NCBI GenBank assembly: GCA_043228905.1
Contig: JBHGNT010000868.1
Location: 1-14,428, forward strand
Length of the DNA stretch: 14,428 bases
Direction of reading: 5' to 3'
DNA from: Azolla caroliniana
Taxonomy: Eukaryota; Plantae; Polypodiophyta
Position numbers and translations under genes: made by a program. How positions within the stretch are numbered: position 1 is the stretch's first letter; each line of letters starts with the position of its first letter. Positions 1 to 8,165 of this stretch are shown in pieces. The notes below the pieces were generated by a model. The model saw only the letters and a program-made list of their open reading frames with translations, ran no database searches and was not told the origin of the DNA.

Positions 1-1
1 A

Positions 2-544
2 ACCTTCATCGATGACTACACTCGACATACTTGGGCGTGCTTGATCACGAAGAAGAGAGAAGTCTTCTCCTATTTCCTGAAGGTGAAGAGCCTTGCCGAA
101 CGGGAAACCGGCAAGAAGATCAAGAGCTTGAGGTCTGATGGCGGGAAAGAATACTTTTCCGACCAGTTCTCCAATTATTTGTAGAAGGAAGGAATTCAAT
201 GAGAATTCTCTTGCAGATACACACCGGAGTAGAACGGTGTGGCGGAGCAGAAGAATCGGATGATAGAGGAGGCGGCACTGGCGATGCTTGAAGAGAAGCA
301 TCTGCCAAAGTTTTACTGGGCCGAAGTAGTTCGGACGACCATCTACTTGCAGAATTAGACGTCTGCAAGTGGAGGAATGTCACCACTTGAGTTGTATTTT
401 GGGAAGAAACCGAATTTGGGACACTTGAGGGTGTTCAGCATCATTGCCTATGTGCATGTGTTGAAGGAGAAGAGGAGGAAGCTAGACACGAAAGCCAAGA
501 AATGCATTCTCGTCGGCTACTCGGACGAACAGAAGGGTTTTAAA
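2..544 (+). pseudogene. Ty1/copia integrase core and downstream SH3-like region, degenerate fragment (runs off the window start)
   Basis: Frame from position 2 reads TFIDDYTRHTW...LRSDGGKEYFS...YTPE*NGVAEQKNR...YWAEVVRTTIYLQN*...HLRVFSIIAYVHV...KLDTKAKKCILVGYSDEQKG. There are four in-frame stops, mostly explicable as C>T changes. Homology ends abruptly near 540-544. Confidence 0.95.
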
Positions 545-579
545 ATCAGGGTAAAAGCATGGGAGTGGAAACACTATTA

Positions 580-631
580 TAGCTAATTAGTTGGTAAAAT
601 GGCCATAGCTATTTAGCTATTTGTTTAGCTA
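580..631. repeat. Small outlying cluster of the TAGCTA(A/T)TTAGCTA motif
   Basis: TAGCTAATTAG at 580-590, TAGCTATTTAGCTA at 606-619 and TAGCTA at 626-631. Same motif as the 2699-4046 array. Confidence 0.75.
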
Positions 632-1327
632 GTTTTTTGTAGGCAAATCATAAGGATCATTTACAGATTTTATGCTTTATTAGTTAAATATATGTCATTT
701 AATTTATAAGAATACTCAAAAATTTGAACTTTCATTTCTAACGTAGTGGAACTTGGGGAACAATGCCCTCATCTAAACTCGACTTGAATGTCACCAAATT
801 CCTATTAATCCCGAGTTTGAGTTCGAAATCCAAACAGATGGAGTACTCTGAGCATGAACGCAAACGAAGCTCCTGCAGTAGCACAAAAACTCTGATTTCG
901 ACATTACACCTTAAGAGCTACAACACACCACCAGTTTGATCCTCGTCCAAGTATGTATCAGTTACACATTAAAAAATCCTTTTTTCCCCTTTCTGATAAC
1001 TGTAACTTTGTTGATTGTTCATCTTTTATAAAAAACGATTAGGGCGAAGTCGTTGGAGTTCCAAACAAGGATGTCTCGAAGATCGGGGTGTAGCAGCAAG
1101 TGTGTTTTTGATTGACAAACAATTTGATTAGGGTTGATTTCATACATATTTTAGATTAAGGTTCCTGATTTCCTTAAATGGTTGATTTCTGATTAGGGTT
1201 TTTGCTTTCCTTAAGCCATTGATTTCTGATTATGGTTTCTGATTTTTTAAGCGGTTGATTTCTAATTATCGTTGAAAATTTTAGATTTAGTGTTGGAATT
1301 TTGCACCAATTCACATTTCTGATTTCA

Positions 1328-2677
1328 ATGGCTGTGTCTGCAAACTTCGGTAACATGTATTGATTTTTGATTTCAAGTGGCCTGTTCCTCCATATCCTAG
1401 AGTGCTGAACTTTAACAAAAGAGGACTTTAACAACATATATGGTATGTCGTTAGAGGGTATTGACCCTGCTGTTCTAACAGATAAATTGATTAGTGATGT
1501 AGATTGGTTGTCGGTCTATATAGTGCCTAGAGTGAAAGGCAAGGTGAAGCTCAAGCATGTACGATCGGAGCTGTATGACAACTATATGAGGCTCCACCAA
1601 AAAGTACATCAAGAGATCCTAGTCAACAATGAGTATTCACAAGAGCTTTTGCATACGAGTATTGCAAAACAACGAAGGAAGCAATAGACCCTGAAATGTA
1701 CAGGGTAGCTTGGGCTATTTATGGTGAGGCATCGATAGAATGATGCCGAAAGATGGGGAACTTGCAACAAAAAATGGTAAGATTCTGGAGCATGGCAGTT
1801 GATGATGCAACTGTTGACTCCCAACAAATGTGGAAGTATACACCACACTGAAACACAATGAAAGCCAATGTCGATGATACAGGTGAGACATTGATTAACT
1901 ATATGCTGAAAAATGTCCATGAAGCCTATGAGACATTAGAGGCAACAAAGTCTGATTTAGAGAGAGCAACATTGGCTGCTGCGATGGAGAGCAAAGTCAC
2001 TTTGGCAATGACAACGATCAGAAATAAGATTCAGGTAGCTATTGTTTTGCTAGTATGTAACATGTTATAAATAACTTGTACATGAAAATGTGCTTAGTGA
2101 GGCATTATCTAGAACAAGTTGCTCAACATGAGCTCGAAATTGAGGGGCTGCTAGATCCCCAACGGAAATTCAACTGTAGACAAAGATCCAGGTTCTTTCA
2201 ATGAACCTGGACCTTCTAGGTGTAAATATTGTCGCTGATTACAATTTGGAGAACCTCCAAGTAAGTTAATGATTCTTGTATCTTGTTGTTCCCTCTTCCT
2301 CATCAAGGAATGATAAATCTGTAATTGCTCGGCTGCGTTCTAGGAACAATACTCCCGTCAAGAACAGGTAGTTAGCTGCCTTAAGAAGCAACTACATTTT
2401 GTGGAGGGGATGGTAAAGGGCAGACAAGAATTGGACCTCAACATTCTTGCTCCCTTACCAAACGAAGGAGAACCATGCAACGATATATTGACTGATCAAG
2501 CAGGTTGCATTGCTTGCGGCTAAGGCATAGAGGACAAAACTGCTACTCTGTTGGTACACCTACGACCATGCCAACACACATACCATATCGTTTGTTTTCA
2601 ATATGCCTGTCACATTGTTGCAGTCTAGTTGGGGGATTGCAATACAGCTCTCCCAGATGAGTGGAGAAAACTGACAG
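1328..2677 (+). pseudogene. Spliced pseudogene for a protein with predicted helical/coiled-coil segments and a C-terminal RING-H2-like zinc finger; probably transposon-borne
   Basis: ATG 1328 is in frame with ORF 1445-1687 across two TGA codons, followed by ORF 1858-2034. GT..AG introns at 2035-2112 and 2261-2343 (GTAAGT donor). Exon 2344-2677 reads EQYSRQEQVVSCLKKQLHFVEG...CIACG*GIEDKTATLLVHLRPCQHTYHIVCFQYACHIVAV*LGDCNTALPDEWRKLT, giving C-x2-C-x17-C-x-H-x2-H-x2-C spacing. Stops and frameshifts are present. Confidence 0.7.
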
Positions 2678-2698
2678 GTAAAATTGTTGCTTGTCTCT

Positions 2699-4046
2699 AT
2701 AGTGTAGTAGCTAATTAGTTAAATCTTAGCTAATTAGCTAAGCCGTATAAAGTGTGGTAGCTATTTAGCTGTTATGGTTCAATAGTGTAGTAGCTAATTA
2801 GCTACAACCTAGGTATTAGCTAATTAGCCAAGACGTAGCTAATTAGCTACTCTAAATCTATGGTCTGGTAGTAGCTAATTAGCTATAGTCTAGCAACTAA
2901 TTAGCTAAGATGTAGGTAATTAGCTACTGTCATCCTTTAGTGTAGTAGCTAATTAGCTACTACCATACTTAAGTAGAATAGTTAATTAGCTACTGCTAGC
3001 CTATAGTGTAGTAGCTAATTAGTTAAGTGGTAGCTAATTAGCTATTGTCAGCATATAGTGGAGTAGCTAATTAGCTACTACCATAGTTACATAGAATAGC
3101 TAATTAGCTGCTGCCAGCCTATATTGTAGTAGCTAATTAGCTACTGCAATAGTTAAGAAGAATAGCTAATTAGCTAAGATGTAGCTAATTAGGTATTGTC
3201 AACTTATAGTGTAGTAGCTAATTAGCTACTACCATACTTAAGTAGAATAGCTAATTAGTAGCTGCTAGCTACTACTATATTTAAGTAGAATAGCTAATTA
3301 ACTACTGCCAACCTATAGTCTAGTAGCTAATTAGCTAAACAGTATCAAGAGTGATAGCTAATTAGTTACTGTCATAGTTAAGAAGAATAACTATTTAGCT
3401 AAGTAGTATCAAGAGTGATAACTAATTAGCTACTGCCATAGTTAAGAAGAATAACTATTTAGCTAAGATGTAGCTAATTAACCACTACCATACTAAAGTA
3501 GAATAGCTAATTAGCTAAGATGTAGCTAATTAGCTACTGCCAACCTATAGTCTAGCAACTAATTAGCTAAGATGTAGTTAATTAGCTAAGCAATATCAAG
3601 AGTGATAGCTAATTAGCTATTGCCATAGTTAAGAAGAATAACTATTTAGCTACTATCATACTAAAGTAGAATAACTAATTAGCTAAGATATAGCTAATTA
3701 GCTATTGCCAATCTATAGTCTAGCAGCTAATTAGCTAAGCAGTATCAAGAATGATAGCTAGTTATTGCCATAGTTAAGAAGAATAGCTATTTAGCTAAGA
3801 TGTAGCTATTTAGCTAAGCAGTATCAAGAGTGATAGCTAATTAGCTACTGTCATAATTAAGAAGAATCGCTATTTAGATAAGATGTAGCTAATTAACCAC
3901 TACCATACTAAAATAGAATAGCTAATTAGCTAAGATGTAGCTAATTAGCTACTGTCATACTAAAGTAGAATAGCTAATTAGCTACTGCCAACCTATAGTC
4001 TAGCAGTTAATTAGCTAAGCAGTATCAAGAGTGATAGCTAATTAGA
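2699..4046. repeat. Complex tandem array of about 45 copies of the 14-bp palindrome TAGCTAATTAGCTA separated by a few recurring spacer types
   Basis: Core starts at e.g. 2946, 2979, 3012, 3064, 3097, 3130, 3163, 3182, 3215. Periods are mostly 33 bp, also 19 and 31 bp. Recurring spacers: AGATG, CTGCCAACCTATAGTCTAG, CTACCATACTAAAGTAGAA, AGCAGTATCAAGAGTGA, CTGCCATAGTTAAGAAGAA. Confidence 0.97.
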
Positions 4047-4214
4047 ATGACAAACTGTTTGAACTTGTACATGGTTCACTTGAGAGTAAAAAAAATATTT
4101 GCCAAAATGTATTCCAGACAGTATAATCTTCATTATGCACATTGAACAAACTAAAACCGAAAGTTGCAATAAGTAAAACTGAGAGTAAAACTGACAATCA
4201 ATACACATTTAACA

Positions 4215-4500
4215 CACACGATTTTATTGAGAAACAAGAACAGAAAGAAGACTCCCAAACGATTTTATTAAACTTTTCTTTAAGATAGAAGAACACAAAG
4301 AAGACTCTATATATAAAAGACACACAATTTAATTAAACAATTTTTTATTAAACATACATGATTTTATTAAGAAAGAAGAATAGAAAGAAGACTGTAAATA
4401 ACAAAGAAGACTCCCAAATGATTTTATTAACAAACAATAACAGAAAGAAAACTATATATTAGAAAGAAGACAATCTCCCAAATGATTTTAGTAAACTATT
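4215..4500. repeat. Degenerate A-rich repeats downstream of the transposase stop
   Basis: Recurring AGAAAGAAGACT(CCCAAATGATTTTATTAA) units near 4242, 4296, 4382, 4404 and 4461. Confidence 0.65.
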
Positions 4501-5371
4501 TTTTGCAATACAACTATTTTGTCCACTTTACAAGAAAACTGGTATGATCTCCTTGTAGCTACAAATTCCATGGCATACTATTGTAAATACATTCATACAC
4601 ATTAGCATTAACTGTGTACAAACCTGAGCAGTGATTGTATTGCGACATCGGGACGTTGATGCACTTGACCAAATGAGAGTACATGTATGCTATTGGTTTG
4701 TCTTCTAAAAGCCTATACACATAATCGTAATCATCTAGTCTTGCATCAAAAATACCTTCGATGTAGAATGTTCCAACAGATACAAAATTTCCCCAAGCAT
4801 TTACAATATTCTATGTTGCACATTATTTACAAACCTTGCACTTCAATATATAGAAATCAACACCCTCTGAATTGTCTTTTTTTGCATTTACAACAAAATT
4901 TTCCCCAACGTTTATGACATCACTCAGAGTATCTCCACGGCCCTGATATGTGAAGTCAACATTGTTTTCTGTTACTCCATCTGGTCAGTCCTTATCATTC
5001 AATGTATGGTACTCCCAATTCTGAATGTATGCTTTGTTTAAACAATACTCCAATTTCCTTGCACACAATGGAAGCAAAAACAAGTTAATTCTCTAACCGC
5101 AATACAATGACCATCCAACCTAGAATAACCCCGAACAACATGGAGAGATCGCAATTCGGGAATTCCTTGGCACTCCCAGGTCTTCTCCATATTCACTTCC
5201 CAAAATTCACGTTTGATATCTAGGACCTGCGAGGAATAAACACCAGTTGCACTCGTTGACATATTAACTCTTAAAAATTTGACTACATGTGCTGCACAAT
5301 GTTAGGAAACATGTGCCTCCGGATGGGAAGTGAGAAGAACAGTACTCATGAGCAAACTAGGCCGAGGCCGA

Positions 5372-6105
5372 AACCGGATGTGGAAGACCCGGCTACGGAT
5401 GATCCGGTGAGAACCGGATGACAAGTACCCGGCAATGGAAGACCCGGTGAGAACCGGATGATGAGTACCCGGCAAGAGCCGGATAGTGAAGACCCGGTGA
5501 GAACCGGATGTGGTGTACCCGGCAAGCGTCGGATGAGGAGTACCCAGCTACGGAGGACCCGGTGAGAACCGGATGAGGAGTACCCGGCAAGAGCCGGATG
5601 GTGAAGGCCCGGTGAGAAGTGCTCACCGGCCTTCCTCATCCGGCTCTTGCTGGGTACTCCTCATCCGGTTCTTACTGGGTCTTCCGTAGCCGGGTAGTCG
5701 TCATCTAGTTCTCACCGGGTCCTCTGTAGCGGGGTACTTGTCATCCGGTTCTCACCATCCGGCTCTTGCCGGGTACTCCTCATCCGGTTTCCACCGGGTC
5801 CTATATCATCCGGCTCTCCGTAGCCGGGTACTCCTCATCCGGTTCTTACCGGGTCTTCCGTAGCCGGGTAGTCGTCATCTAGTTCTCACCGGGTCCTCCC
5901 TAGCGGGGTACTTGTCATCCGGTTCTCACCATCCGGCTCTTGCCGGGTACTCCTCATTCGGTTTCCACCGGGTCCTGTATCATCCGGCTCTCCGTAACCG
6001 GGTACTCCTCATCCGGTTCATACCGGGTCTGCACCATCCAGCTCTCCGTAGCCGGGTACTCCTCATCCGGTTCATACCGGGTCTGCACCATCCGGTTCTC
6101 CGTAG
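5372..6105. repeat. Fold-back inverted repeat of CCGG-rich LTR U3 repeats, centred at 5617-5621
   Basis: ...GAAGGCCCGGTGAG-aagtg-CTCACCGGCCTTC... The repeat units switch strand at this point, and the arms match closely for about 85 bp and by repeat family beyond. Confidence 0.9.
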
Positions 6106-6167
6106 CTGAGATTGTTCGTCGGCACTGTTCTTCTCCCTTCCCATCCGGAGGGACCTGTCTCCCAACA
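5622..6167 (-). mobile_element. Partial LTR (U3 start) of the same family as the intact element
   Basis: Ends ...CCATCCGGAGGGACCTGTCTCCCAACA at 6167, identical to the LTR terminus at 14354. Confidence 0.9.
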
Positions 6168-6460
6168 AGCCGGAAGCTGAAGGTGGTTGAGCAGATAACG
6201 GAGGTGAATACCGGGGGCAGTTCGAGGAGTACTGTCGCTCGAAGGGAATCTGGCTCGAATTTACCGTGCCAAAGACGCCGGAACTAAACGAGCTGGTTGA
6301 GAGGATGAACCAGACCATAGTGGAGAGGGTCCGGAGTATGCTGGCGCATGCAAAACTACCCAATAAGTTTTGGGTTGAGGCACTGTCAACGACGACATAT
6401 GTGATAAACAAATCACCCTCAGTACCCTTGGACAGAGACACGCCACAGAGAGTATGGACC
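6168..6460 (+). pseudogene. Integrase core fragment of the intact element's family
   Basis: Near-identical to the reverse complement of 11599-11892 with a 1-bp deletion. Reads ADNGGEYRGQFEEYCRSKGI...PKTPELNELVERMNQTIVERVRSMLAHAKLP...PQRVWT. Confidence 0.95.
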
Positions 6461-6818
6461 ATCTCCATTTAGTTCCTGTCACACAATTCATATGCACACC
6501 ATTTGCCTTTTGTTGTTCATGGGTAAGTACCTGCTTTATAACTACACCTGCTCCATCATGTTCACATTTACCATGGCCAGAACCCAAAAAATTTCATCTC
6601 ATCTCCAAACCTATTACAGAAGGATACCTGCAAACAAAATAAAATGGACGTCTAGCCTTGAATTGTGACACAACTCTGTCAGACCAGACCCAATGTTGAG
6701 TAAGCTCCAAACGTTGACTTAATAACCATTGCCAATGTAACTTAAAACAATGTTAGACAAACAAGGTATCATGCTTCTTATCATCAGAAATAATAAAATG
6801 AATTACTTTCGTAACATC

Positions 6819-6956
6819 ACCTTAATGCCTTGTGCCTCCTTATATAGTGTTTTCAGGAGTTCTCTTGAAGTTTCTAGAATGTTCTAGTGAAATCTGGAAT
6901 ATACATCAATTTTGTATAGTGAAATAATAAATGAAAATAATATCCTTCGTATTACA
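6819..6956 (-). mobile_element. Truncated LTR (U3 through TATA), probably Ty3/gypsy
   Basis: Minus strand begins TGTAATACGAAGG at 6956, followed by AT-rich U3, a TTCTAGAA-type tract and CTATATAAGG. It lies downstream of, and co-oriented with, a chromovirus pol end. No partner LTR is available to confirm it. Confidence 0.6.
6840..6884 (-). promoter_or_regulatory. Heat-shock-element-like tract plus TATA box
   Basis: GAAgtTTCtaGAAtgTTC at 6867-6884 is four alternating nGAAn units. CTATATAA (minus) at 6840-6847 lies about 20 bp downstream. Confidence 0.65.
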
Positions 6957-7020
6957 ATGTATAGTCTAATGGTAGGGCTTGATCCATGCAACATAAGGTC
7001 ATGGGTTCAAATCTTGCACT
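6957..7020 (+). other. tRNA-derived (SINE-head-like) fragment with Pol III A and B boxes
   Basis: A-box-like TAGTCTAATGG at 6962-6972 and B-box-like GGTTCAAATC at 7004-7013, at tRNA-like spacing. The stems are too degenerate for a functional tRNA. Confidence 0.5.
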
Positions 7021-7396
7021 AGCATTGGTCACATTCTCTAGTGGTTCCCAAGTACGCTTGCTGGGACTTTATCCTAGCCAATTGACCAAATAGTAGAGCT
7101 TGTTGCGAACAATCTTGGAATCAAGGATGGCAGCAACCTCGTACTCAGGTCCATCTTCAAGTTCGACCGAAGGTGGAGGTGGTTTGATACGACCTGGGAT
7201 AGTGCTGGCATAAAAATCCCATTCAGCTAACTTGTGAATCTGATAGGGGTCTAGAAGAGAACTATGAAAATATCGGATGTATTCGTAGTTGCAGTGGTAG
7301 ATCGAGATGAAAAGCGACATCATTAATTTTTCCGATAATACGGAAAGGACCTAATCATCGATAATCCAATTTATCGCATGGATGAGTAGTCTTGAC
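7018..7396 (-). pseudogene. Ty3/gypsy chromovirus integrase C-terminus (GPY/F module) and chromodomain
   Basis: VKTTHPCDKLDYR*LGPFR/IIGKINDVAFHLDLPLQLRIHP/FHSSLLDPY...STIPGRIKPPPPSVELEDGPEYEVAAILDSKIVRNKLYYLVNWLG*SPSKRTWEPLENVTNA (slashes mark frameshifts). Confidence 0.93.
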
Positions 7397-7670
7397 TTCG
7401 ACTCATATGTATTGGTCGGTTGCTCTGAGTCGACTAATTCGGATTTGGTTGTGCCGACTGGCTGTCTCTGGACAACCGGCTGTATTGGTTCGATTGGCCT
7501 TGAGTCGGCGGTAGCTAGAGTCGACTGGGAAGTCGGTTCCGACTTCTATTGCCTCCAATCCTCTATTGTCTTGTCTTCCAGGAAGACTATGTCCCGACTC
7601 CTCACTACTTTCTTGTCGACTAAGTTCCACAGCTTGTAGCCGAACTCATCCTCTGAGTACCCCAGGAATA
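7397..7670 (-). pseudogene. Ty1/copia post-integrase fragment
   Basis: IFLGYSEDEFGYKLWNLVDKKVVRSRDIVFLEDKTIEDWRQ*KSE, homologous to IFLGYGDDESGYRVWDPVYKKVFRSRDIIFMEDKTLTDWESE in the intact element. Confidence 0.92.
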
Positions 7671-8160
7671 TGTCCCTCCAGTGGGAGGAGCCGACTCCTC
7701 AGAGAAAGCTGATAGTCGAAGACAGGGAGCAGCCGACTGGTCAGATGAGAGCCGACGGTTGAGGAGTCAACTCAGAGAGAGTTGATCGAGGTAGAAGACA
7801 AGACTGGCTAGTCGGGCCTAGTGGATGGTTGATGACCAGGCCGACTAGTCAGACCGACCCGATATTCGACGGATGAGTCGGCTGATTATTAAGAATATTA
7901 TTAATATTAGATAATAATAGGAATGACAGTAGCAGTGGCTACATTTGTAAATAGCCCATACAAGGTATAAGTATAAATACACTTAGGGCAAATAGTTTGA
8001 GAGATATAGAGAAATAGTGAAGAGCGTGAATGTGAGAACAAACGACGCCATAACTGTGTTTAGTAACATTATACGCTAAGAGCCCTGCGAGGTTGTTTAC
8101 ACTCTATGTAGAGAGTGTTGTACTTTGATGTCTTCATTGTATATCCATTGTATATCCACT
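7665..8160 (+). mobile_element. Partial 5' LTR of the older host copia (first bases and U5/PBS lost)
   Basis: Start GGAATATGTCCCTCC resembles the other LTR starts. It shares GGCTACATTTGTAAATAGCC (7937-7956), AGTATAAATA (7970-7979) and ACTTAGGGCAAA (7981-7992) with the intact element's LTRs, and is followed by co-oriented gag. Confidence 0.75.
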
Positions 8161-8165
8161 GTACT

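Larger units (their letters stand above)
5300..6481 (+). mobile_element. Rearranged copia-derived insertion with intact TG..CA termini and 5-bp TSD
   Basis: Starts TGTTAGGAAACATGTGCCTCCGGATGGGAAG (compare intact LTR start TGTTGGGAGACAGGTCCCTCCGGATGGGAAG) and ends TAGTTCCTGTCA (compare GGTTCCCGTCA). TSD CACAA at 5295-5299 and 6482-6486. Excision restores the transposase frame. Confidence 0.92.
4559..6818 (-). pseudogene. DDD/E cut-and-paste transposase pseudogene, Sola(2)-like; N-terminus missing; interrupted by the 5300-6481 insertion
   Basis: 6818 to 6482 reads DVTKVIHFIISDDKKHDTLFV*HCFKLHWQWL...HWVWSDRVVSQFKARRPFYFV...MR*NFLGSGHGKCEHDGAGVVIKQVL...HMNC. Removing the insertion and one TSD continues in frame: AAHVVKFLRVNMSTSATG...REFWEV...RELTCFCFHCVQGNW. 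A frameshifted tail ends ...YECIYNSMPWNL* at 4559. The superfamily assignment rests on recalled motif similarity, not a search. Confidence 0.75.

Noticed and set aside
536-560. Terminal inverted repeat of the DNA transposon
   Set aside because: I found no matching inverted copy or TSD in the window, so the exact end cannot be called.
1120-1330. Telomeric repeats or the 87-aa minus-strand ORF
   Set aside because: Only scattered TTAGGGTT/GATTTCTGATT motifs, typical of plant 5' leader regions. They are not tandem telomere repeats, and the ORF is low-complexity.
2699-4046. CRISPR array (palindromic repeat with spacers)
   Set aside because: Spacers are short and recur many times, the repeat is only 14 bp, there are no cas genes, and the context is eukaryotic.
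6957-7020. Functional tRNA gene
   Set aside because: Acceptor, anticodon and T stems pair poorly and the 5' end is cut.
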